Assembly (NCBI GenBank): GCA_044220955.1
Contig: JBGAQA010000111.1
Location: forward strand, 1-20,648
Direction of reading: 5' to 3'
Source: Sandaracinaceae bacterium
GTDB lineage: Bacteria; Myxococcota_A; Polyangia; Polyangiales; Sandaracinaceae
Length of the DNA: 20,648 nt
The notes below the pieces were generated by a model. It was not told the origin of the DNA, ran no database searches, and saw only the letters and a list, made by a program, of their open reading frames with translations. Positions 1 to 8,675 of this stretch are shown here, in pieces. Position numbers and translations under genes: made by a program. Positions within the stretch are counted from its first letter, which is position 1; the number at the start of each line of letters is the position of its first letter.

Positions 1-77
1 TGGTGCGTGGTGAGTGGTGAGTGGTGAGTGGTGAGTGGTGAGTGGTGAGTGGTGAGTGGTGAGTGGTGAGTGGTGAG
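1..77. repeat. Heptamer tandem repeat (TGGTGAG)x10 at 8-77, preceded by one variant unit TGGTGCG; may continue left of the window
   Basis: Read directly: ten perfect copies from 8 to 77, then degenerate GGGTGAG/GGCGAG units. On the + strand every frame hits TGA every 21 nt. Confidence 0.95.
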
Positions 78-222
78 GGCGGGGGTGAGGGCGAGGGTCC
101 GCGCTCCGAGGTCGCCTCGAGGGATGCGCTCTGCTCGAGATCGTCATCGTGCCCGCGGGGTCGTCGCGTTCGACCCCGGCACTTCGAGCGGCCTATGCTC
201 CCGGCCCGACCCCGGCGAGGAC

Positions 223-1008
223 ATGACGCCTTCCGATCCGCCGATCCTCCGCTGCGACGCAGCGGGCAGCCCGTTCTCGTACACGGACGTCGGCCGAGGG
301 CCCGTCGTCGTCGCGGTGCACGGCCTGCCAGGCAGCGTGCGCGACTATCGGTACCTGGGCGCCGCGCTCGAGGGGCGCGCACGCTTGGTGCGTCTCGACA
401 TGCCGGGCTTCGGCGGCACGCCGCGCAGCTCGGCCGAGGGCTTCGACGTGGAGTCGCGCGCTCGCTTCGTGCAGCGCGCGCTGGCGGCGCTCGCGATCGA
501 TCGCTGCGTGGTCGTCGGACACTCGATGGGAGGCCCCGTCGCGCTCGCGGCCGCGAGCCTGCCCGCGAGCGGCGTGGCCATCACGGGCCTCGGGCTGCTC
601 GCGTCGGTGGGCGCCCGCCCGCATCGCCTGCTGCGCCGCATGCCCCTGCGCGTGCCGCTCGGGCGCGCGATCGATCTGCCGCTGGTCGGTCCGCTCGCGC
701 AGCGCATCGCGGCCGCGGGCTTGCGCCGGAGCGGCTTCCCTGCCTCGACGCCGCCGAGCGACATCACCCAGACGATGCGCATCGTCGCCGCCTTCGACTT
801 CGCGCCGGTCGAGCGCGCGCTCGCCGCCCTCCGCGTGCCGACCCTCGTTGCGTTCGCGCACGACGATCCCTTCATCGAGCCCGAGATCCAGCGCGAGCTC
901 GGCGCGCGCGTCCCGGAGGGCCCGCGCCTGAGCTGGCCCGAGGGCGGACACAACGTCCAGAAGACCCACGCGCGTGAGATCGCCGACGGGCTGCTCGCGA
1001 TCGGCTGA
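223..1008 (+). CDS. Alpha/beta fold hydrolase (about 261 aa)
   Basis: ATG at 223 after a GAGGA RBS, inside ORF 70..1008. Motifs: oxyanion HGLPGS, DMPGFG, nucleophile elbow GHSMGG, acid AHDDPFI, catalytic His GGHNVQ. Confidence 0.9.
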   Translation: MTPSDPPILRCDAAGSPFSYTDVGRGPVVVAVHGLPGSVRDYRYLGAALEGRARLVRLDMPGFGGTPRSSAEGFDVESRARFVQRALAALAIDRCVVVGHSMGGPVALAAASLPASGVAITGLGLLASVGARPHRLLRRMPLRVPLGRAIDLPLVGPLAQRIAAAGLRRSGFPASTPPSDITQTMRIVAAFDFAPVERALAALRVPTLVAFAHDDPFIEPEIQRELGARVPEGPRLSWPEGGHNVQKTHAREIADGLLAIG

Positions 1009-1081
1009 AGAGCGTCTCGACGAGGCGGACCCGAGCCACACGGCGTCGTCCCCGCCGCCGATGGCGCTGCTCCCGCTCCCG

Positions 1082-1363
1082 CTACGGAGCCCCCTGGTTG
1101 ATCGCCTTCGCCTCGCGGTAGCCGTCGACGGCGAAGCAGGTGTTGGCCACGAAGACCGCCACGAACATGAGCCCGAACGCGAGCGGGCTCGTGGTCTGCA
1201 GGTTCGCACCTCCGGCGAACACGGGGCCCTGCTCCACGATCGTCAGCACGATCGCGGCCAGCGTCCACCCCACGCCCAGCGCCGAGCGCCGTCCGTTGTA
1301 GAGGTAGCCAGGTCCCATGAAGAAGAAGTTCAGGAGCGCGGCGAGCCAGGGCTTCTTGGTCAT
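1082..1363 (-). CDS. Small membrane protein (93 aa, 2-3 hydrophobic segments; TM2/DUF5683-like N-terminus)
   Basis: C-terminal part of ORF 1082..2614: [24 protein letters not shown]..., which fits the KxPxxAxLLxxxxxGxGxxYxG pattern. GC3-rich codons; fills the gap between two + strand genes. Alternative ATG at 1396. Confidence 0.75.
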   Translation of the reverse strand: MTKKPWLAALLNFFFMGPGYLYNGRRSALGVGWTLAAIVLTIVEQGPVFAGGANLQTTSPLAFGLMFVAVFVANTCFAVDGYREAKAINQGAP

Positions 1364-1535
1364 GCTCGTTGGACGGCCGGCCCCCTCGGAACTCATCGCA
1401 GAATCGACCGCCGGCTCGACGCCGACGCCCGCGTCGGGCCGATCTCGCGGTCTTGCCCGATCGAGACGCGCTCCCTCCGCGCTCGCCCTCGCGCTCGCGC
1501 CCCCCGCGCGTACGTCGAGGTGGCGGTCTCGCGGC

Positions 1536-1565
1536 TTGCCACGCGGGCGCGGCGAACCGCATGCT
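1536..1565 (+). promoter_or_regulatory. Possible sigma70-type promoter for the carboxylase operon (TTGCCA-N18-CATGCT)
   Basis: The hexamers and spacing resemble -35/-10 elements and end 26 nt upstream of ATG 1592. Weak match only. Confidence 0.25.
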
Positions 1566-1591
1566 CCGCGCGCGCGAGGTCCAGGACGTAT

Positions 1592-3253
1592 ATGCCCGAG
1601 AGTGACGCCACCGCCGAGACCCTGATCCCGACGCTCGACGATCCCCTCGCCCCGGCCGCCGTCCCGACCCAGGCGCGGACGGGCTACGAGAGCACGCTCG
1701 AGGAGGCGCGCGCGCTGCGGCTGCGACCGACGACCTCGCCGGGCGTCGAGGCGATCGAGCGCCAGCACGCCAAGAACCGCATGACCGTGTGGGAGCGCAT
1801 CCGCGTGCTGACGCCGGAGCGACCCGACGTGCTCTTCGAGAACTGGGGGCCGAACCTCGACGGCGCCTCGCTCGTGACGGCCGTGCTCCGGATCGACGGG
1901 CGCGACGTGGCCCTCTACGGCCACGACTTCACGGTGCGGGCAGGGTCCATGGACGCGACCAACGGCCGCAAGCTCGCGAGGCTCTTCCAGCTCGCGGGAG
2001 AGAAGGGCCTGCCGCTCATCGGCATGAACGACTCGGCGGGCGCCTTCGTGCCTGCCGGCGTCGGCGGCCTCGACGGCTACGCGGAGGCGTTCACGGCGCT
2101 GCGCAAGATCAGCGGCGTGGTGCCGAGCATCATGGCGATGTTCGGCTTCAACGCCGGCGGCGGGAGCTACCTGCCGCGCCAGGGCAGCTTCGTCATCCAG
2201 CCCGACGACACGTTCTTCGGCCTCACCGGGCCCGGCGTGGTGAAGTCGGTGCTGGGCGAGGACGTCTCGCCGGAGGATCTCGGCGGACCGAAGGTGCACG
2301 GCGCCTCGGGCGTGGCCGATCTCACCGTGGCCGACGAGGTGTCGGCGCTGCGCACGGCCCGGCGCCTGCTCGCGTACCTGCCGAGCAACAACCACTCGCT
2401 CTCGCCGTTCCAGCCCACGAGCGATCCGCTCGATCGCCCGACCGACGAGATCGACACGCTGCTGCGCAAGACGTTCGACTCGCCGACGGGCTTCAACACG
2501 CCCTTCGACATCTCGCTGCTCATCCAGCAGGTCTGTGACCACGGCGACTACTTCGAGCTCCAGCCGGCGCGCGCGCGCAACATGATCACGGCGTTCGGCC
2601 GCGTGGGCGGGCACGTGGTCGGCTTCGTCGCGAACAACAGCGCGGTCGCGAGCGGCCAGATCGACGTGGCCGCCGCGTACAAGGCCGCGCGCTTCATCCG
2701 GTTCTGCAACGTGTACAACGTGCCGGTCGTCTTCGTGGAGGACACGACGGGGTTCCTGCCGGGCAAGGAGCAGGAGTCGCTCGGCATCGTTCAGGCCGGG
2801 CGCGCGCTGCTCGACGCGATCGTGGATCTGCGGACGCCGCGCATCCTGCTCCTCGTGCGCAACGCGTACGGCGGCGCGTACGCCTCCTTCAACAACTACC
2901 CGACGGGGGCCGATCTCGTCCTCGCGCTCCCGACGACGCGCGTGGCCGTGATGGGCCCGGCGGGCAAGGAGTTCGTCTACAAGGACGAGCTCCGGAGGGT
3001 CCGCGCGGAGGCGGCGAAGATGGCCGCCTCCGACGAACGAGCGGCTGGGGCCTGGCTCAAGGCGCGCGAGGGCGAGCTCAACCTGCGCTACGAGAAGGAG
3101 CTGATGAACCCGCGCGAGGCGCTCTCGCTGGGGTCGATCTCGCGCCTGGTGATGCCGACCGAGCTACGTCAGTCGCTCGGCGAGAGTCTGGCGTTCTTCA
3201 TGCGGCACTACGTCCCCTCGACGATGAGCGGTCCGCAGCGCGAGTTCCACTAG
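1592..3253 (+). CDS. Acyl-CoA carboxylase carboxyltransferase (beta) subunit, 553 aa
   Basis: ATG 1592 (MPESDAT...) after AGGA. Motifs [44 protein letters not shown] and RNAYGGAY are typical of PccB/AccD-type tandem CT domains. Confidence 0.93.
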   Translation: MPESDATAETLIPTLDDPLAPAAVPTQARTGYESTLEEARALRLRPTTSPGVEAIERQHAKNRMTVWERIRVLTPERPDVLFENWGPNLDGASLVTAVLRIDGRDVALYGHDFTVRAGSMDATNGRKLARLFQLAGEKGLPLIGMNDSAGAFVPAGVGGLDGYAEAFTALRKISGVVPSIMAMFGFNAGGGSYLPRQGSFVIQPDDTFFGLTGPGVVKSVLGEDVSPEDLGGPKVHGASGVADLTVADEVSALRTARRLLAYLPSNNHSLSPFQPTSDPLDRPTDEIDTLLRKTFDSPTGFNTPFDISLLIQQVCDHGDYFELQPARARNMITAFGRVGGHVVGFVANNSAVASGQIDVAAAYKAARFIRFCNVYNVPVVFVEDTTGFLPGKEQESLGIVQAGRALLDAIVDLRTPRILLLVRNAYGGAYASFNNYPTGADLVLALPTTRVAVMGPAGKEFVYKDELRRVRAEAAKMAASDERAAGAWLKAREGELNLRYEKELMNPREALSLGSISRLVMPTELRQSLGESLAFFMRHYVPSTMSGPQREFH

Positions 3254-3273
3254 CTCCTCGGGAAGCATCAGCC

Positions 3274-6159
3274 ATGAACGACCGAGCCATCGACTGGTAC
3301 GCGCACAACCCCGAGACGACGGGCGATCGCCGCCTCTCCCGCGCGGGCTCCGCATGGGTGCGCAGCTTCGCCTGCGAGGACGTCAGTCCCCTCGTGGTGT
3401 GCCGCGGTCCGATCCGCAAGGAGGCGATCGACGTCTTCTCCGAGATGGGGATCACCCGCTACGGGATCTTGATCTCGGAGAAGGACTCGATCGTCTACAC
3501 GCATGCGCTGGCCCCCGAGCTGCGAGGCGTCGGCCCGCGGCGCGTCCACCACGTGCGCGACTACAGCGGGGCGACGAAGGAGGAGCGCCTCGAGCGCATG
3601 GCGCAGATCGTCGAGATCTGCCGCGAGCACGGCTACACGCACGTGTTCGCCGGCTACGGCTTCATGGCGGAGGACGCCGAGTTCGTCGCCACGCTCGAGG
3701 CGGCGGGTCTGGTGTTCATCGGCCCGCGCTCGAGCGTGCAGTCGGCCGCCGGGAAGAAGGACGAGGCCAAGCGTACCGCGCTGCGCGAGAAGGTGAGCGT
3801 CACCCCCGGGATCGACGACGTGACGACGCGCGTGCTCTTGCGCAAGCACGCCGACCTGGCCGCCCTGCGTGCGCTCGCCAGCGAGAAGGCGCTGGCGCTC
3901 CCCGCAGGGGCGCTCGCCGACGGCGTCCCGCCGAAGGCGGCGGCCGAGGCCGTGCTCGACGCGTCGTATGCCGCGCGCATCGACCTGTACACGATCGAGG
4001 AGCTCGCCGCGGAGATCGAGCGCGCGGCGATCGAGGTGTTCACGGCGCACCCCGGCCATCGCGTGCGCCTCAAGGCGATCGGCGGTGGGGGCGGCAAGGG
4101 CCAGCGCATCCTGGCCGGCGTCCCCAGGACGGGCGCCAGCGCCGCTGCGATCGCCGAGGCCGCCAGGCCCGCGATCGGCGCGACGCGCGAGATCCTCGCC
4201 GAGGTGAAGGCCGGCGGCGTCGGCGAGGACAAGAACATCCTGCTCGAGCTCAACGTCGAGCAGACGCGCCACAACGAGATCCAGCTCCTCGGCAACGGCA
4301 CCTGGTGCGTCGCGCTCGGCGGTCGCGACTGCTCGGTGCAGATGCACGAGCAGAAGCTCCTCGAGGTCTCGATCACCGAGGAGGGCCTCGCGCGCGCCGC
4401 CGCCGAGGCGCGCGCGGCGCGGCAGTTGGCGGCCGCGGAGGCGCTCGAGATCGATCTCGCGACGCTCCGCACGATGGAGGCGGAGGCCGAGCGCTTCGGG
4501 GTCGCCGTCGGGCTCGACAGCGCGTCCACCTTCGAGTGCATCGTGGAGGGCGACCACCACTACTTCATGGAGGTCAACACGCGCATCCAGGTGGAGCACC
4601 GCGTCTCGGAGCTCTGCTACTCGCTCCGCTTCACCAACCCCGACGACGCGAGCGAGGCGTTCGAGGCGCGCTCGATCGTGGAGGTGATGGTGCTGCTCGC
4701 GCGCCACGGAGCGCGGCTGCCCCGGCCTGTCCGCGTGCCGCGCCACGGGGCCGCGGTGGAGGCGCGCCTCAACGCCACCGACCGCTCCCTCGCGCCGCAC
4801 GCCGGCGGGATCATCCAGAGCTGGACCGATGCGATCGAGCACGAGATCCGGGACGATCAGGGGATCTGCCGGAAGAACCCCGACACGGGCGTGTTCGTGC
4901 ACTACAGGCTCGCGGGGGCGTACGACAGCAACGTGGCGCTGCTCGTCACGTACGGCGGCGAGCGGCGCGAGAGCTACGTGCGCCTCGCGGAGATCCTGCG
5001 TCGGATGAAGCTCCGAGGCCACGATCTCTCCACCAACAACGCCTTCCACTTCGGCCTGGTGCAGTGGTTCCTCGGCTGGAACGTGTGGGCCAAGCCGACG
5101 ACGCGCTTCGTCGTTCCTTATCTCTGTCAGGTGGGCTTGCTCGGGGAGGGCGCCGCCGCGATCGACCTGCCCTTCGCGTGGGCCGAGCTCGGCAAGGCGC
5201 TCGAGGCGCGGGCCGGCAGGGCGAGCGATCCGGAGCTGGGCAAGCGGGCGATGGCCGCGACCCGGCGCGCGCTCGCGCTCAAGGAGACGCTCCTGTCCCG
5301 GCCGATGCGAGCGCTCTTCGACGAGCCCCACGTCCTCGCCGGCTGGCTCGCGCGTAACCGCACGCGGTTCTCGATCGAGAGCGGTCGTGTGCGCTGGGGC
5401 GTGAACCCGCTCGAGATCCTGCGGGACACGTACTGGCTGCTCAACATGGACCCGCAGCCGGGCGCGCCCGCCGCTCACGTCATCTGGGAGCACGACGAGG
5501 CGCTGCTCGAGACGGCCCTCGGCTTCTACGCCCGGGCCCGCGAGCGGCTCGGCGCGATGCCCTGGCCTGCCCTCTCGGCGCGCCTCGCCGACGCCCGACC
5601 GCCCGAGGGCCTCGACGCGAGCACCTGGGCGAAGGTGCGAAGCGCGCACCTCGGCTACCAGCTCGGGCTCGAGGTGCTGGAGCTGCTGCCGCTCCTCGGT
5701 GATCGTTCGCGCTTCTTCGAGCTGCGGGTCGAGGACGATCTCACCATCACGATCCCCACGCACCTGCTCGACCGAGACCTCTGGCCGCGCATGAGGAAGG
5801 CGCTCGTGCCGCCGCCGGTCACGAAGAGCAACGAGATCGTGGCAGCCTCGGGCGGGATGTTCTACTCGCAGGAAGCGCCGCACCTGCCGCCCTTCGTGAC
5901 GAAGGGGACGCACTTCGAGAAGGACGCTCCTCTCTACATCATCGAAGTGATGAAGATGTTCAACAAGGTGCTCGCTCCCTTCGCGGGCACGATCGAGGAG
6001 GTGCTGATGAGCGGCGCCGACGGCACGATCGTGCAGAAGGGACAGCCCTTGTTCCGCGTCACGCCGGACGAGAAGGTCGTCGAGGAGGACGCTGGCGCGA
6101 AGAAGAGGCGACTGCGCGCGAGCACGGCGGCCTACGTGCAGGCCATCACGCCGCGCTGA
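3274..6159 (+). CDS. Biotin carboxylase-biotin carboxyl carrier fusion (acyl-CoA carboxylase alpha subunit), 961 aa
   Basis: ATP-grasp motifs AGYGFMAED, KAIGGGGGKG, RDCSVQ, FMEVNTRIQVEH and YDS. C-terminal biotinyl domain with EVMKMF. Starts 20 nt downstream of the CT gene. Confidence 0.93.
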   Translation: MNDRAIDWYAHNPETTGDRRLSRAGSAWVRSFACEDVSPLVVCRGPIRKEAIDVFSEMGITRYGILISEKDSIVYTHALAPELRGVGPRRVHHVRDYSGATKEERLERMAQIVEICREHGYTHVFAGYGFMAEDAEFVATLEAAGLVFIGPRSSVQSAAGKKDEAKRTALREKVSVTPGIDDVTTRVLLRKHADLAALRALASEKALALPAGALADGVPPKAAAEAVLDASYAARIDLYTIEELAAEIERAAIEVFTAHPGHRVRLKAIGGGGGKGQRILAGVPRTGASAAAIAEAARPAIGATREILAEVKAGGVGEDKNILLELNVEQTRHNEIQLLGNGTWCVALGGRDCSVQMHEQKLLEVSITEEGLARAAAEARAARQLAAAEALEIDLATLRTMEAEAERFGVAVGLDSASTFECIVEGDHHYFMEVNTRIQVEHRVSELCYSLRFTNPDDASEAFEARSIVEVMVLLARHGARLPRPVRVPRHGAAVEARLNATDRSLAPHAGGIIQSWTDAIEHEIRDDQGICRKNPDTGVFVHYRLAGAYDSNVALLVTYGGERRESYVRLAEILRRMKLRGHDLSTNNAFHFGLVQWFLGWNVWAKPTTRFVVPYLCQVGLLGEGAAAIDLPFAWAELGKALEARAGRASDPELGKRAMAATRRALALKETLLSRPMRALFDEPHVLAGWLARNRTRFSIESGRVRWGVNPLEILRDTYWLLNMDPQPGAPAAHVIWEHDEALLETALGFYARARERLGAMPWPALSARLADARPPEGLDASTWAKVRSAHLGYQLGLEVLELLPLLGDRSRFFELRVEDDLTITIPTHLLDRDLWPRMRKALVPPPVTKSNEIVAASGGMFYSQEAPHLPPFVTKGTHFEKDAPLYIIEVMKMFNKVLAPFAGTIEEVLMSGADGTIVQKGQPLFRVTPDEKVVEEDAGAKKRRLRASTAAYVQAITPR

Positions 6160-6192
6160 CGCGGCGGCGATGTAGAATCATTCGAGGTCTTC

Positions 6193-7386
6193 GTGACACG
6201 CATCTCCCTCACGCGAGCCGTCGAGTGCGCGATCGAGCTCGGTGTCCCGCTCGGGGTCGAGCACGTCCCGCTCGACGCGTGCGCTGGGCGAGTGCTCGCC
6301 GAGGAGATCGAGCACGCGGCCGATCTGCCGCCCTTCGACCACGCCGCGATGGACGGCTACGCCATCGCGGGAGCCGCGGCGCGGGGTCGCTCGTTCGTCG
6401 TCGAGAGCGAGTCGCGCGCGGGCGCTCCGGCCGCCTCGGCACTGCCCGGCGCGGCGGTCGCGATCAGCACGGGAGCGGCGATCCCGGCGGGCGTCGACAC
6501 CGTCGTCCCGTGGGAGGACGTCGAGCGCACGGCGGATCGCATCACGCTGACGCGGGACGCGCGGGCCGGCCAGCACGTGCGCCGTGCCGGGGAGGACGCG
6601 CGGCGGGGCGAGCGCGCGCTGGGGGGCGGCGTCCGCCTCGCCGGCCGGCACGTGGCGCTGCTCGCCACCCTCGAGCGGAGAGAGGTCGCGGTCCACCTCC
6701 GGCCGCGCGTGGAAGTGCTCACGACCGGCGACGAGCTGCGCGATCCGGGTAGCGAGGTGCGCCCGGGGTCCATCGTGGACTCGAACGGGCCGATGCTGGC
6801 CGCGCTGGTGGCGCAGGCAGGCGGTCGCGCGCGCGTCACGCGCGTCCCCGACCGGGAGGGAGCGCTCGTCGCCGCGCTCGACGCGAGGCGAGAGGATGCC
6901 GACCTGATCGTGACGGTCGGGGGCGCGGCCGATGGGCAGCATGATCACGTGCTGCGTGCGCTCGAGGTCCTCGGCGCGGAGCGGACGTTCCGCGGCGTCG
7001 CGATCAAGCCGGGCAAGCCGGTCGCCCTCTCGCGGCTCGGCGGCCTTCCGCTGCTCGCGCTGCCCGGGAACCCGGGGTCTGCGTTCGTGACGTTCGTGCT
7101 GCTCGGGATTCCGCTCCTGCGCAGGCTCGGAGGAGAGCGGGACGTTGCGGCCCCGCGCCGCCTCGCCCGCGCCGGGGCGCCCCTGCGCGCGCCCGCGGAC
7201 CGCGCCGCGCTCGTCTACGGCGTCCTCGCCGTCCACGACGACGAGCTCGTGTTCACGCCGGCGCCGCCCTCGTCCTCGGGCTCGGTCGTCGGGCTCGCTC
7301 GGGCGAGCGCCATCGCGATCGTTGCGCCGGGGGAAGAGCGCAGCGCGGGTGCGCGCGTCGAGATCGTGGAGGTCGACGTCGCATGA
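6193..7386 (+). CDS. moeA: Molybdopterin molybdenumtransferase MoeA
   Basis: GRVLAEEI, PPFDHAAMDGYA, ISTGAAIP, TTGDEL, DSNGPML, IKPGKP and LPGNP are the MoeA/gephyrin E-domain signatures. GTG start. Confidence 0.93.
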   Translation: MTRISLTRAVECAIELGVPLGVEHVPLDACAGRVLAEEIEHAADLPPFDHAAMDGYAIAGAAARGRSFVVESESRAGAPAASALPGAAVAISTGAAIPAGVDTVVPWEDVERTADRITLTRDARAGQHVRRAGEDARRGERALGGGVRLAGRHVALLATLERREVAVHLRPRVEVLTTGDELRDPGSEVRPGSIVDSNGPMLAALVAQAGGRARVTRVPDREGALVAALDARREDADLIVTVGGAADGQHDHVLRALEVLGAERTFRGVAIKPGKPVALSRLGGLPLLALPGNPGSAFVTFVLLGIPLLRRLGGERDVAAPRRLARAGAPLRAPADRAALVYGVLAVHDDELVFTPAPPSSSGSVVGLARASAIAIVAPGEERSAGARVEIVEVDVA

Positions 7387-7937
7387 GCGTCGCGCTCGAG
7401 CGGGTGCGCCTCGGCGAGGAGCCGCTCTCGGTGGAGGCGGTCCTCGCGCTCGTCACCCATGCCGGCGCGGGCGCGGTGGACGTGTTCGTCGGTGTCGTGC
7501 GGGACCACGCCGAGGGGCGTGCGGTCTCGAGCCTCGAGTACTCCGCCTATGACGCCATGGCGCGGAAGGAGCTCGCGCGGATCGTGGACGAGGTCGAGGC
7601 GAAGGTGCCCGGCGCGCGCTGCGCGGTGCACCACCGCCTCGGGCTGCTCCGCGTCGGCGAGCTCGCGATCGTGTGCGCCGCGAGCACGCCGCACCGGGCC
7701 GAGTCCTTCGCCGCGTGCCGGATGCTGATCGAGGAGGTCAAGCACCGCGTCCCGATCTGGAAGCGCGAGCGAGGCCCGGAGGGCGAGGTCTGGGTCGGCT
7801 GGGTCGACGCGCGCTGCGGGCGGGTCGGGCACGCGCACGAGGGCAGCGAGCCGGCGCACGCGCACGCGCACGACCACGCCGCCACCGACCCCTCGGCGCA
7901 CGACCACGCCGGACACGACCCTTTGCGGGAGCGCTGA
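7383..7937 (+). CDS. moaE: Molybdopterin synthase catalytic subunit MoaE with a His-rich C-terminal tail
   Basis: GAVDVFVGVVRD, LEYSAY, HRLGLLRVGE, HRAESF and KHRVPIWKRE. ATGA overlap with the moeA stop. Confidence 0.95.
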   Translation: MSVALERVRLGEEPLSVEAVLALVTHAGAGAVDVFVGVVRDHAEGRAVSSLEYSAYDAMARKELARIVDEVEAKVPGARCAVHHRLGLLRVGELAIVCAASTPHRAESFAACRMLIEEVKHRVPIWKRERGPEGEVWVGWVDARCGRVGHAHEGSEPAHAHAHDHAATDPSAHDHAGHDPLRER

Positions 7938-7961
7938 GCTGTCCCGAAATCGGGACGGCTC
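7936..7961 (+). terminator. GC-rich hairpin right after the moaE stop (GAGCTGTCCCG-AAAT-CGGGACGGCTC)
   Basis: 11-bp stem with one G-U pair and a 4-nt loop. There is no U-tract, so a terminator role is uncertain. Confidence 0.4.
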
Positions 7962-8015
7962 TGCGAGAGGCGCCCCGGGGCCGGGCCCGCACCGAGCGCC
8001 GGGCCCCCAGCCGAA

Positions 8016-8345
8016 CCTCGGTGGCCGCTCCTGCTAGGACGAGACGAGCACCTTCCGCTCGCGCATGTTCGCGCAGTGCGAGAACCCAGCGTTGATGCGG
8101 GCTACGCCCCGGGAGCGCAGAGCGAGAGCGAAGACCGGCGCGTGTCGGAGCGTTCTTCTGGATCGGCTCCAGGGGACGTCCGCTGGCGCGTGCTCGGCGA
8201 CCCTGCGTGGGTGACGCGCGGCGAGGTGGCCTTCCCTGCGTCTCGAGAGGAGGGGACCGTCACGGTCCAGACCCTGTTGCGGTTCGACCTCGCGACGCTC
8301 ACGGTCGAGCCCGCCTTTGGCTCGGCCCCCGACGCAGGACCGTGA
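8016..8345 (+). pseudogene. Decayed remnant of an unknown protein-coding gene
   Basis: Protein-like, GC3-rich segments switch frames: ..C*DETSTFRSRMFAQCENPA / GYAPG / VGAFFWIGS / DVRWRVLGDPAWVTRGEVAF..TVQTLLRFDLATLTVEPAF. The duplicate copy has TAC (Tyr) where this copy has TAG. Confidence 0.5.
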
Positions 8346-8675
8346 GCGGCCGATACGTTCTCGGCGTGGGGTGTCCGGCGCGCACGAGGGCGGCGAGCCG
8401 GCGCACGCGCACGTCGCGCCTCCGTGGCCACTCCCGCTACGCCGAGACGGGAACCTTCCACTCGCGCATCTTCGAGCAGTGCGAGAACCCAGCGTTCGTG
8501 CGGCGTCGCCCTGCCGCGGGACGCAAAGGCATGATCCACGGCGTTTCTTGGCGCGATCGGCGCCCGACATCCCGTCTCAGGCCGCAAACGCCTCCACTCG
8601 CGAGCAGGCTTGCGTGCCCGATCTCGTCTGGCAGGCCGCGCTTGGGCTATGGTGGTGGTCTTCGAGGGGTTGACG

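Larger units (their letters stand above)
7832..8503 (+). repeat. Two-part direct repeat: A 7832-7866 = 8379-8413 (34/35 identical); B 8016-8100 = 8419-8503 (73/85 identical, ungapped)
   Basis: Manual alignment of the two copies of each part. Confidence 0.9.

Noticed and set aside
1..77. CRISPR array or Chi-site cluster
   Set aside because: The units are contiguous 7-mers with no spacers, there are no cas genes in the window, and the sequence is not GCTGGTGG.
974..1591. 206-aa N-terminal extension of the carboxyltransferase
   Set aside because: It overlaps the antisense membrane gene and is low complexity. An RBS and ATG are present at 1592.
3268..5913. 881-aa antisense ORF and other long overlapping ORFs (e.g. 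15497..18193, 9350..11404, 3354..5357, 11883..13394)
   Set aside because: These are Arg/Ala/Pro-rich shadow frames of well-supported genes, expected in very GC-rich DNA, and show no recognisable motifs.
7938..8675. Insertion sequence or MITE
   Set aside because: No transposase, terminal inverted repeats or target-site duplication were identified, only the direct repeats already reported.
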